A stretch of 32,511 bases of DNA from Verrucomicrobiota bacterium (GTDB lineage: Bacteria > Verrucomicrobiota > Verrucomicrobiia > Limisphaerales > UBA11358), in assembly GCA_049509595.1 (NCBI GenBank), contig JBEKZT010000001.1, positions 1-32,511 of the forward strand, given 5' to 3'. Below are positions 1-8,549 of the stretch, one piece after another; the stretch's first letter is position 1; each line of letters starts with the position of its first letter. The translations under genes and the position numbers were made by a program. The notes beneath the pieces were generated by a model. The model had not been told where the DNA came from. It worked only from the letters and a program-made list of their open reading frames with translations, and searched no databases.

Positions 1-67
1 CGAATCCGCCTGCCAACAAGCCGCAAGAAGTCCGTCAAAACCCGCCTGAAATCTCGTTAAGTTCCTA

Positions 68-97
68 AACCGTTGCAATCAATCGGTTGCAACCGTT
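68..97. terminator. Hairpin-forming inverted repeat in the gap 3' of the emrB-like gene; possible bidirectional terminator
   Basis: AACCGTTGCAA (68-78) pairs with TTGCAACCGTT (87-97) at 10 of 11 positions, with an 8-nt loop. It contains the perfect palindrome CGGTTGCAACCG at 84-95. It sits between a + strand stop codon at 58-60 and the emrB-like stop at 130-132. There is only a short T-run (TTTAGG) on the minus strand, so it is not a canonical terminator. Confidence 0.3.
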
Positions 98-129
98 CAC
101 TTATGCTTTGTGCATAATCCCAGAAAAAT

Positions 130-1701
130 CTAATGTGCTGCAACAGCTGACTTTTGCACAGTTTTAATCCGCTTGAACAGGAAAACCAACGGGATGCCCG
201 CGAGCGCGAGCAGGCCAAAGAGATAAAAATTGTCCACGAACGCCCACAGATGCGCCTGCTGGTCGAGCAGTGAATACACGGCGCTGTAAGCCTGTCGCGT
301 CGCGGTCACGGGATCGGTTTGATGGCCGAGCACGCTTTTGGCGGCGGCGAATTGTTCCTTGAATGCCGGATCGCTCGCCGTCAAATGCCCGACCATCAGC
401 GCCTGATGCGTCTGCGCGCCGCGCGCGAGCATCGTCGTCACGAACGCGATGCCGATGCTGCCGCCGAGGTTGCGCATGAGATTGTAAAGGCCGCTCGCGT
501 TGCCGATTTGCTGTTGCGCCAACTGGCTCATCGTCGTCGTCGTCAGCGGCACGAAAATAAAACTGATGGCCATGCCGTTGATGACGCTCGGCCAGATGAC
601 GCTGATTTTGCTCACTTGCAGATTGATGTCGCTCAAAATGAATGACGACCACGCCAGCATGACGAATCCGAAAATTAACATCCAGCGCATCCTAATTTTT
701 CCGACGAGCCGACCGACGAACCACGTTGTGAAAAACGCCGCGACGCCGCGTGGTGCCATTGCATAACCACTTTGCAAGGCGGGATAACCCATCAGCGTTT
801 GCAGAAACAAAGGCAGTTGCGCCGTCGTGCCGTAAAGAATCGCCGCGAGAGAGGTCATCAAAATCAAACCGACGGTGAAATTCCGGTTTTTGAAAACGCG
901 CAAATCCACCAACGGATGCTCCACGGAAAATTCCCTCGCGACAAAGGCGAAAAACGCCGCGATGGAAACCAGCGTGAACCAGCGCACCCATTCTGCGCCG
1001 AACCAGTCGGCTTCCTGACCTTTGTCCAAAACGATTTGCATCGTCGCCAGCCAGACCGCCAGCAGGCCGAGGCCAATGAAATCAATGTCCGCTTTTTTAT
1101 TGCGCTGGATATACGGCGGATCTTCGACCACCCATTTCGCCATCAAAGCCGCGAGAATTCCCACCGGCAGGTTGATGTAAAAAATCCAGCGCCACGAATA
1201 ACTGTCCGTGATCCAGCCGCCGATCACCGGGCCCAAAATCGGCGCGACCACGACGCCTTGCGCGAACACGGCCATCGCCGCGCCGCGTTTTTGCGGCGGA
1301 AAACTTTCGAGCATGATCGCCTGCGCGATTGGCACCATCGCGCCGCCGCCGAAGCCCTGCAAAACCCGCGCGATGACCAGCGTCGGCAAACTCCACGCCA
1401 TCCCGCACAGCGCCGACGCGAACGTGAACATCACGATGCACGAAATCAAAACGCGCTTGCGGCCAAAATAATTTCCGAGCCAGCCCGTCATCGGCAGAAT
1501 GATCGCGTTCGACACGAGATAACTCGTCAGCACCCATGTCGCTTCTTCGGGCGTCGCCGACAAACTGCCCGCGATGTGCGGGAGCGCGATGTTGGCGATG
1601 GACGTGTCCAGCACCTCCATGAATACCGCCATCATCACGGTGAGCGTAATGAGCCACGGATTGTGGCGCGGATGCCATATCTGTTGCGGCGCGTCAGCCA
1701 T
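130..1701 (-). CDS. emrB: MFS multidrug efflux permease, DHA2 (EmrB/QacA) family, 14-TMS type
   Basis: 523-aa ORF with ATG at 1701. N-terminal motifs LDTSIANIALPHIAGSL and GWLGNYFGRKRVL, plus multiple hydrophobic segments, are typical of the EmrB/QacA subfamily. It starts 6 nt downstream of the EmrA-like gene. Confidence 0.92.
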   Translation of the reverse strand: MADAPQQIWHPRHNPWLITLTVMMAVFMEVLDTSIANIALPHIAGSLSATPEEATWVLTSYLVSNAIILPMTGWLGNYFGRKRVLISCIVMFTFASALCGMAWSLPTLVIARVLQGFGGGAMVPIAQAIMLESFPPQKRGAAMAVFAQGVVVAPILGPVIGGWITDSYSWRWIFYINLPVGILAALMAKWVVEDPPYIQRNKKADIDFIGLGLLAVWLATMQIVLDKGQEADWFGAEWVRWFTLVSIAAFFAFVAREFSVEHPLVDLRVFKNRNFTVGLILMTSLAAILYGTTAQLPLFLQTLMGYPALQSGYAMAPRGVAAFFTTWFVGRLVGKIRMRWMLIFGFVMLAWSSFILSDINLQVSKISVIWPSVINGMAISFIFVPLTTTTMSQLAQQQIGNASGLYNLMRNLGGSIGIAFVTTMLARGAQTHQALMVGHLTASDPAFKEQFAAAKSVLGHQTDPVTATRQAYSAVYSLLDQQAHLWAFVDNFYLFGLLALAGIPLVFLFKRIKTVQKSAVAAH

Positions 1702-1707
1702 AATTTT

Positions 1708-2934
1708 TTACGCCGGCGATTTACGGTTCAGAAATTTTTGGAAAACAAACGCGAACACAATTGCCAAAACAATTGCGATCAGCGCAATCGCCCAATCGGG
1801 GAAATTAAATGAACTAACTTGCACGCTCGGCGTCACGGAAAGTCCGGGGCCGATGGTGTGATCAGCGGGCAACGGCTCGTCGAAAATAATTTTCACCGGC
1901 ACGCGCTGGACGACTTTCACGAAATTGCCCGTGGCATTTTCCGGCGGCAGCAGGCTGAACGCCGCGCCGCTGCCGGCCTGCACGCTGTCCACGTGCGCGC
2001 GGAATTTCCGGTCGCCGAGCGCGTCAATTGCCACGAGTGCGGGCTGGCCGGGCTTCATTTTCTTTAACTGCGATTCCTTGAAATTCGCCACAACCCAGAC
2101 TTCCACCGGTACGATGGACATGATTTGCTGTCCGACTTGAAGATAATCGCCAACTTCAACCTGCTTTCGCGTCACGCGCCCGTCACCCGGCGCGAAAATT
2201 TTCGTGTAGGACAAATTTAGTTCCGCCGCCGCGACGTTCGTCAGCGATTCTTCCCATTGCGCCTTGACCAATCCGACTTCCGCCTCCGCCGCCGCGAGCT
2301 GCGAATGGGATTCGTCCACCTTGGAATTTTCCTCGGCCACATTTTGCTCCGCGGAATTCAGATTCGCCTGCGCGGAATTATTCGCGGCCTGCGCGGCGTC
2401 AAATTCCTGCTGCGAAATCGTTTTGTCCTTCAGCAAAGATTGTGCGCGCTCGAAATTTGTCGCGGCGAGTTTTGCGCTGGCCGCGCTCGCGTCGGCGTCG
2501 GCCTGCGCCTTGCGCTCGCTCGCGTCGGCGGTCGAGACTTTTTTGCGCATCAATTCGTCCGCCGCGATGACAGTTTTTACGTTCGCGTCCGATGAATCTG
2601 CCGCCGATTGTTTTTGCGCGACGGTTATCGCGTAATCCGACGGATCAATTTCAATTAGCAAATCGTTCGAGCGAACAAGTTGGTTGTCCAAAACGTGAAC
2701 GGCGGAAACCTGTCCCTCAATCCGTGGCGCAATTGAAACGATGTGTCCGGCGATAAATGCGTCGTCTGTGGATTCGTGCGTCAGCGCGGAAAAAAAATAA
2801 TCCAGACCGATGAACAAAATCACGGCGAGAACAATTGTCGCCGGCCAAATGAAAAACGGCGAATTTAATTTCGCCAGCCGCTGGCCGTTGCCGCTGGCGG
2901 CGGGCGGAGCTGGTTGATTTAGATTTTCACTCAT
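1708..2934 (-). CDS. emrA: HlyD/EmrA-family membrane fusion (periplasmic adaptor) protein
   Basis: 408 aa with a single N-terminal TM helix (FFIWPATIVLAVILFIGL). A long Ala/Gln/Glu-rich coiled-coil hairpin is followed by the segment TKIFAPGDGRVTRKQVEVGDYLQ, typical of HlyD_D23 adaptors. It lies immediately upstream of the MFS pump. Confidence 0.9.
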   Translation of the reverse strand: MSENLNQPAPPAASGNGQRLAKLNSPFFIWPATIVLAVILFIGLDYFFSALTHESTDDAFIAGHIVSIAPRIEGQVSAVHVLDNQLVRSNDLLIEIDPSDYAITVAQKQSAADSSDANVKTVIAADELMRKKVSTADASERKAQADADASAASAKLAATNFERAQSLLKDKTISQQEFDAAQAANNSAQANLNSAEQNVAEENSKVDESHSQLAAAEAEVGLVKAQWEESLTNVAAAELNLSYTKIFAPGDGRVTRKQVEVGDYLQVGQQIMSIVPVEVWVVANFKESQLKKMKPGQPALVAIDALGDRKFRAHVDSVQAGSGAAFSLLPPENATGNFVKVVQRVPVKIIFDEPLPADHTIGPGLSVTPSVQVSSFNFPDWAIALIAIVLAIVFAFVFQKFLNRKSPA

Positions 2935-2947
2935 ACGACAATCAATT

Positions 2948-5900
2948 TCATTCTGCCGGCAACGCTTTTTCTCCGGCGTGATCCTTGGCGATCAAAATGT
3001 AGATGCTTGGAATGACCAGCAACGTGAAAAACGTGCCGAAGGTCATGCCCGCGACGAGCACGATGCCGATGGAATTGCGCGCCGCCGCACCCGCGCCGGT
3101 GACAAGGATGAGTGGGAAATTCCCCGCAACGGTTGCGACACTGGTCATCAGGATCGGGCGCAGCCGCAGCAGCGCCGCCTCGCGCACCGCTTGAAGTTTG
3201 GTGCGGCCTTGACGTTGCAGTTCGTTGGCGAACTGCACGATCAGAATTCCGTTTTTGGTCACCAGACCGATCAGCGTGACAAGGCCAACCTGCGAATAAA
3301 TATTCAGCGTCGTTGTCCAACCGTTCGTCCAGAACGGCAAATTTGGGTTCGGCATTTTCAGGAAGCAAAAAATCAACGCGCCGAACATCGCCAGCGGCAT
3401 CGAGCCGAAGATGATGATGAATGGATCACGAAAACTGTTGAACTGCGCCGCCAGCACGAGAAAAATCATGATGACCGCCAGCACGAACGCGGGTAGAAAT
3501 TTATTTCCTTCCGTCCGCAACTGGCGCGACTCGCCGGTATAATCAATCTTGTAACCTTCCGGCAAAATTTTCGCGGACTCGGTTTCCAAAAATTTCAACG
3601 CTTCATCCAACGGGCGGATGGCGACGCCGCTGATCATCACCGCGTTGAGCTGCTGAAAGCGGTTGAGCGCACGCGGCGTGGTGTGTTTTTCCAGATGCGT
3701 GAACGTGCTGACAGGGATGAGTTTGCCATTCGGGCCTTGCACATAATTATTTTCCAACTGATCAGGGTTCAGGCGCTCGATGCGTTTCAATTGTGGAATC
3801 ACCTTATAGCTACGACCAGCGAGGCTGAAGCGGTTGACGTAATTTCCGCCGACGAGGGCGGCCAAATCCGAGCCGACCGTTTGCATATCAAGTCCAAGCG
3901 CGGCAACTTTGTCGCGGTTAATGACGAGTTCCATTTCCGGCTGGTCAATCTTCGTGTCAATGACCGGCGGGAAGGCGAACATCCCGTTCGTCGCAGCCAT
4001 CTGCTGCAACTGCGTCGCGAACTGCAAAATCTGCTCCGGCTCGGCGGTCGAGGATAAAACAAAATTCACTGGAAAATTATCACCGCCCGGAATCGGCGAC
4101 GGCGTGACCATGAACAGGCGGATGCCGGGGACTTGGTTTACCATCGCCTGCGCCTCGGGAACAATCTGCGCGGCGGTGCGTTTGCGTTCGCCCCACGGCT
4201 TGAGTACCATGCCGCCGAAACCGCTGTTGGGCATGGTGAGTTGAAACGACTGGTCCGTTTCAGGAATGGACTTGAACATTTTGCCAACGGCATCGGCATA
4301 AAACGAAGTCTGGTCAATCGTCGCGTCCGCCGCCGCTTCGACAATTCCGAAAATCACACCCTGATCTTCCGCCGGAGCGAGTTCGCCGGGCGACATCGAA
4401 TACAAAACAAATGCGAGCAAACTCAACACGATCCAGATGACATAAACCGCCGGACGCGCCGAAAGCGTCATGTCCAGCACGCGCGCGTAGAATTTTTTTG
4501 CGCGGTCGAACTGACGATTGATGTGGCCGGTGAATCCATGATCTTCACGCCCGGCATCGAGCAGCCGCGACGACAGCCACGGTGAAAGCGTCAGCGCGAC
4601 AATTCCCGAAATGAAAACCGCGCCAGCAAGCGTCAGCGCAAATTCGCGGAACAAGGAGCCGGTCAAGCCGCCTTGAAACGCGATGGGCGCATAAACCGCC
4701 GCGAGCGTAATGGTCATCGCGATGATCGGGCCAACGAGTTCGCGCGCGCCGAGCAGCGCAGCGTTCAACGGCGTCAGTCCTTCGCGAATGTGGCGCTCGA
4801 CATTTTCGACGATGACAATCGCGTCGTCCACGACGAGACCAACCGCAAGGACAATCGCCAGCAGCGTGAGCAAGTTCAGTGTGAAGCCCAAAACCTGCAT
4901 CAAGAAAACGGCGCCGATGAGTGAAATGGGAATTGCGACAAGCGGGATCAAAACCGAACGCAGCGAGCCGAGGAATAAAAAAATGACGATGGAAACAATC
5001 AGCAGCGTCTTGATGAGCGTCTTGATCACTTCATGGATTGCGTCGTTGATGTATTTGGTCGCGTCGTAGGCGATTTTCTCCTGCAGGCCGCTCGGCAAAT
5101 CTTTTTGGATGGAAATCATTTCCTTGCGGACGCGTTTGATGACGTCGAGCGAGTTCGCGTTCGGCAACGCCCAGATGCCCATGAAGACCGCGTGCTCGCC
5201 GCTGAAGCGCACTTCCGTGTCATAATCTTCCGCGCCGAGCGAAATATCGGCCACGTCGCTCAAGCGCACGAGATTGTCGCCAGTGCGGCGGATGACGAGA
5301 TTTTTAAATTCGTCAACCGAGCGCAAATCCGTGTTCGCCGTCAGGTTCACTTGAATGAGCGAACCTTTGGTGTGGCCGACGGCGGCGAGAAAATTATTCG
5401 CCGCAAGCTGCTCGCGAATTTGATTCGGGCTGATGTTGAACGCCGCGAGACGGTCCGGCTTCAACCAGATGCGCATCGCAAAAGTGCGTCCGCCCAAAAT
5501 GTCCGCGCGCTGCACGCCTTCGAGCGCGGTCAGGCGCGGCTGCACGATGCGCACGAGATAATCCGTGATCTGGTTCGGCTCCAAAATATCCGACGTGAAA
5601 CTCAGATAGCACCCGGCGAATTGCGAATCGGCGGACTCGATGTTGATGACCGGGACTTCGGCTTCGGGCGGCAGATCGTTGCGGACTTGATTTACTTTGG
5701 AATTGATTTCGGACAGCGCCTTGTTCGCGTCGTAATTTAATTTCAGCCGCGCGGTGATCGTCGAAAGCCCGAGCGCGCTGCTGGATTGCAGATATTCAAT
5801 TCCATCCGCCGCAGCGATTGCACGTTCAAGCGGCTGCGTCACGAAACCGCGCACCAAGTCCGCGCTCGCGCCGACATAAACGGTCGTGATCGTGACGGTC

Positions 5901-6031
5901 GCGTTTTCGCTGCGCGGATATTGCCGGACGGTCAGCGAGCGGATGGCGGAAAATCCCGCGATGAGAATCACGAGGTTGACCACAATCGCCAGCACGGGCC
6001 GGCGGATAAATAGATCGGTGAAGGATTTCAT
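2948..6031 (-). CDS. RND (HAE1, AcrB/MdtB-like) multidrug efflux transporter permease
   Basis: 1027 aa. The N-terminus MKSFTDLFIRRPVLAIVVNLVILIAGF and the layout of 12 TM segments with two large periplasmic loops are characteristic of AcrB-family pumps. A GGAG lies 5 nt upstream of the ATG at 6031. Confidence 0.95.
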   Translation of the reverse strand: MKSFTDLFIRRPVLAIVVNLVILIAGFSAIRSLTVRQYPRSENATVTITTVYVGASADLVRGFVTQPLERAIAAADGIEYLQSSSALGLSTITARLKLNYDANKALSEINSKVNQVRNDLPPEAEVPVINIESADSQFAGCYLSFTSDILEPNQITDYLVRIVQPRLTALEGVQRADILGGRTFAMRIWLKPDRLAAFNISPNQIREQLAANNFLAAVGHTKGSLIQVNLTANTDLRSVDEFKNLVIRRTGDNLVRLSDVADISLGAEDYDTEVRFSGEHAVFMGIWALPNANSLDVIKRVRKEMISIQKDLPSGLQEKIAYDATKYINDAIHEVIKTLIKTLLIVSIVIFLFLGSLRSVLIPLVAIPISLIGAVFLMQVLGFTLNLLTLLAIVLAVGLVVDDAIVIVENVERHIREGLTPLNAALLGARELVGPIIAMTITLAAVYAPIAFQGGLTGSLFREFALTLAGAVFISGIVALTLSPWLSSRLLDAGREDHGFTGHINRQFDRAKKFYARVLDMTLSARPAVYVIWIVLSLLAFVLYSMSPGELAPAEDQGVIFGIVEAAADATIDQTSFYADAVGKMFKSIPETDQSFQLTMPNSGFGGMVLKPWGERKRTAAQIVPEAQAMVNQVPGIRLFMVTPSPIPGGDNFPVNFVLSSTAEPEQILQFATQLQQMAATNGMFAFPPVIDTKIDQPEMELVINRDKVAALGLDMQTVGSDLAALVGGNYVNRFSLAGRSYKVIPQLKRIERLNPDQLENNYVQGPNGKLIPVSTFTHLEKHTTPRALNRFQQLNAVMISGVAIRPLDEALKFLETESAKILPEGYKIDYTGESRQLRTEGNKFLPAFVLAVIMIFLVLAAQFNSFRDPFIIIFGSMPLAMFGALIFCFLKMPNPNLPFWTNGWTTTLNIYSQVGLVTLIGLVTKNGILIVQFANELQRQGRTKLQAVREAALLRLRPILMTSVATVAGNFPLILVTGAGAAARNSIGIVLVAGMTFGTFFTLLVIPSIYILIAKDHAGEKALPAE

Positions 6032-6048
6032 TCGCTCCTGAAATTAAA

Positions 6049-7164
6049 TCAACTGTCCGGCGGATTTTTCACCGTCGGCGGCACGATGTCGTTGTTGATT
6101 GTCACCGGCGCGCCGTTGCGCAATTTGAAAAGTCCCGCGCTCACCACTTTGTCGCCGGGCTTCAATCCCGTCAGCACGCTGATCGAATCGCCGTGCGATT
6201 CTCCCGTGCGGACAAATTGCTGCCGCGCGACGAGTCCGCCGCTGGAGTTGGTGGATTGCTCGATCACATAAACCGAGTCGCCAAACGGCGCGCTCAAAAT
6301 TGCCGTCGCCGGAACCGCCAGCACAGGTTGCGCCTGTGGTAAAACGACTGTCACGCTCACAAACATTCCCGGTCGTAACAATTGGTTCACGTTTTCAAAC
6401 ATCGCCTGCAACGTCACGCTGCGCGTCGTCGAATCCAGATCGGGATTGATCGCGGTCAATGTGCCGTCGAATGTCTGGCCGGGATAAGCGTCGCTGGTCA
6501 CCTGTATCGGCAGGCCGGTTTTCAACTGCGCCAGATCTTGCTGCGGCAGGGAGAAATCCGCATAAACCGGCGTGAGCGATTGCAACGAAACAATGCCTTT
6601 GCCGACGTCCAGATATTCGCCAAGATTTACAAGCCGGATACCGAGTTTTCCGGCGAACGGCGCGCGGATGTTTTTCTTTTCAATGGTCGCGCGGATTTCA
6701 TCGGCGTTGGCTTCAAACTGTTTCAAGGTGGCTTCGGCGGAATCCAGTTCGGATTGCGAAACCGTGTTGTCCGTGCGCAATTTACGCGTGCGGTCGGTGT
6801 TAAGCTTCGCCAGCTCCACTTGTGCTTCAACCGCGCTTAACTGAGCTTCTTCCGACGACGTATCCAGCCGCACCAGCAAATCGCCCTTCGCCACCACCGC
6901 GCCGGATTCAAAATCAATCTCCGTCACGGTGCCCGCGACTTCCGGTGCGACTGTCACACCCTGCGCCGCGTTGATCGAGCCAACGGCGGTGAGCGAGTCC
7001 TGCCAATTTTCCGCTTGCGCTATTGCGGATGAAACCGTGTCCGGCGGCGGCACAAAAGTTTTGCCAAAAGCGATCATCTTGTGGATTTGCAACGCCTTGA
7101 TCGCGGCCAAACCGAAAAAAATGACGGCGACGATGCCAATGGCGATAAATATTTTCTTTTTCAT
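6049..7164 (-). CDS. RND efflux periplasmic adaptor subunit (AcrA/MdtA-like MFP)
   Basis: The ORF track extends this to 7323. The internal ATG at 7164 gives a signal-anchor MKKKIFIAIGIVAVIFFGLAAI and overlaps the TetR stop as ATGA. The body shows lipoyl/hairpin/beta-barrel adaptor features (VAPEVAGTVTEIDFESGAVVAKGDLLVRLD ... IRAPFAGKLG). Confidence 0.9.
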   Translation of the reverse strand: MKKKIFIAIGIVAVIFFGLAAIKALQIHKMIAFGKTFVPPPDTVSSAIAQAENWQDSLTAVGSINAAQGVTVAPEVAGTVTEIDFESGAVVAKGDLLVRLDTSSEEAQLSAVEAQVELAKLNTDRTRKLRTDNTVSQSELDSAEATLKQFEANADEIRATIEKKNIRAPFAGKLGIRLVNLGEYLDVGKGIVSLQSLTPVYADFSLPQQDLAQLKTGLPIQVTSDAYPGQTFDGTLTAINPDLDSTTRSVTLQAMFENVNQLLRPGMFVSVTVVLPQAQPVLAVPATAILSAPFGDSVYVIEQSTNSSGGLVARQQFVRTGESHGDSISVLTGLKPGDKVVSAGLFKLRNGAPVTINNDIVPPTVKNPPDS

Positions 7165-7784
7165 GATTTTTTTGAACCTCGCTTTTTCTTTGCGCCCGCG
7201 CCGACTAAAAACAATTCCACGACCCGCTCGGCGGCCTTGCGGTTCGCGCGAAAATTCGGCATTAGCAAGTGTGCCGTGATGTAAAAATTCGTCTGGCCGT
7301 AAAAGCCGTAGGCCAGCTCCCAACTGTCAAAACGGTCGTCGAGTTCGCCTGCCACCTGTGCGCGCTTGATGAGCGAATGGATAAATTCCAGATTGCGTTT
7401 ACATTTTTCAAGGTGATTCAATCCGGGTGGTAATTCGCCCGGCGCGGCATATGCCGTGGAAAATGCGATGCGCGTCAGCTCGCGGTTGTGGTGGAAATAA
7501 TCGAACAGCGCAACGAGCACTTCGCGCAACTGGCCGGGCAGATCCTTCGCGCGCGCGGCGGCTTCCTGCGCGATACAAAATCGTCCGTCGTGCGCCTCGT
7601 TGACCAGCGCCTCGAACAGCGCGGCCTTGTCGCGGAAATGATAATACAGCGCCGGCTTGGAGACTTTTGCATCGCCGACGATCTGCTGGACGGACGTGGC
7701 CGCGTAGCCGCCGTTGGCGAAATGTTTCAGTGCCGCCCGCAGGATCTGCCGCCGCGTTTCGGAATTGTTCGTGGCTTGAGCCAT
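7161..7784 (-). CDS. TetR/AcrR-family transcriptional regulator, first gene of the efflux operon
   Basis: 207 aa. The N-terminal HTH RRQILRAALKHFANGGYAATSVQQIVGDAKVSKPALYYHFRDKAALF is classic TetR_N. It is translationally coupled (ATGA) to the adaptor gene. Confidence 0.92.
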   Translation of the reverse strand: MAQATNNSETRRQILRAALKHFANGGYAATSVQQIVGDAKVSKPALYYHFRDKAALFEALVNEAHDGRFCIAQEAAARAKDLPGQLREVLVALFDYFHHNRELTRIAFSTAYAAPGELPPGLNHLEKCKRNLEFIHSLIKRAQVAGELDDRFDSWELAYGFYGQTNFYITAHLLMPNFRANRKAAERVVELFLVGAGAKKKRGSKKS

Positions 7785-7790
7785 AAAAAC

Positions 7791-7808
7791 TTACCGAACG
7801 GTAGGTAA
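7791..7808. promoter_or_regulatory. Candidate TetR operator (overlapping palindromes) just upstream of the TetR start codon
   Basis: The sequence is TTACCGAACGGTAGGTAA. The inner arms are TACCG-AA-CGGTA and the outer arms TTACC...GGTAA. It begins 7 nt upstream of the ATG at 7784. TetR regulators commonly autoregulate through palindromes in this position. No binding data are available. Confidence 0.3.
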
Positions 7809-7929
7809 TAAACTAGAAGCCGTCAAATGAATTTTGCGTGCAGGAAGTTGGCTTGAATTATTTGGTGCGAATCGCTGATGACTCCGGCGACTGGTTAGGC
7901 CGCATGGTCATCTTCTCTCGCTTTCTTTA

Positions 7930-8379
7930 TCATCCGCAATAATGTCTCCTCAAACGCTCGACGTTGCGGGGTAAATCGTTCCAAGTGTGGAATAGATGCA
8001 AGATAGCTATCGTTTTGCCACGAATCGTAGTCTTGGTGAAAGGCAAACTTCCACGAATGGCCCAATAAATATATGGAAGCCCAAATAACAATAAAGCCAG
8101 TGCAAGCAGAGGCACATGTACCCGAATGTCGGAGAAATATACGATGACCGCGGCCACCAGTAAGCATACGCCTAAACGACCACTCTGGCGTGCTGGAAAC
8201 GAGACCCATCGCTCGATGGGTAGTTCGGGCTTCAAATATCGCAACGGAGTTCTTGTAACTCGCGAATCGCCGGGAGATTGCCACTCGACCGTGAGATGCT
8301 CATCGTCAATCCGCAAAGTGTAATCATACCCATCCCATCGGTAAGATAGGCTGCGAGCATTAAGCGGAATATCATCCAT
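7930..8379 (-). CDS. Hypothetical membrane protein: soluble N-terminal ~65 aa followed by two predicted TM helices
   Basis: 149-aa ORF with hydrophobic stretches LGVCLLVAAVIVYF and VPLLALALLLFGLPYIYWAI. I could not recognise a family. The region is visibly more AT-rich than its neighbours. An overlapping ORF in another frame (7895..8284) has an equally protein-like C-terminus, so the frame and 3' end are uncertain. Confidence 0.45.
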   Translation of the reverse strand: MDDIPLNARSLSYRWDGYDYTLRIDDEHLTVEWQSPGDSRVTRTPLRYLKPELPIERWVSFPARQSGRLGVCLLVAAVIVYFSDIRVHVPLLALALLLFGLPYIYWAIRGSLPFTKTTIRGKTIAILHLFHTWNDLPRNVERLRRHYCG

Positions 8380-8549
8380 GATGTTTAAGCGGTTTAATTC
8401 AATTGCCGGTTTCGACCTTATTTACTTTTTCCAATTTGTCCAGAATTGTTGCGTCGGAAACGTGGTTGAAAGTCGGCAGCGAATTTTCTAGCCTCCTGCG
8501 AGTGCGTAGGCGGCGCGCAAAAATCATCATGCAAACCTTTGGAGCAATT

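Noticed and set aside
1-60. Possible 3' end of a + strand CDS (…RIRLPTSRKKSVKTRLKSR, stop at 58-60)
   Set aside because: Only 19 codons are visible. The sequence is highly basic and I cannot assign it, which is not enough evidence to call a feature.
772-1812. 346-aa + strand ORF antisense to the emrB-like gene
   Set aside because: The product is Arg/His/Gln-rich low-complexity sequence (…RRERGHQNQTDGE…RRREREHHDARNQ…). It lies entirely within a strongly supported minus-strand MFS gene. This is the typical shadow ORF produced opposite GC-biased codons.
5033-5740. 235-aa + strand ORF antisense to the RND permease
   Set aside because: It is a shadow ORF inside a well-supported 1027-aa RND gene. 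The composition is Arg-rich and I recognised no motifs.
7165-7323. N-terminal extension of the RND adaptor ORF, as listed in the track (6049..7323)
   Set aside because: The extension overlaps the 3' end of the TetR gene in another frame and is Arg/Gly-rich. The internal ATG at 7164 gives a proper signal-anchor and an ATGA overlap with the TetR stop.
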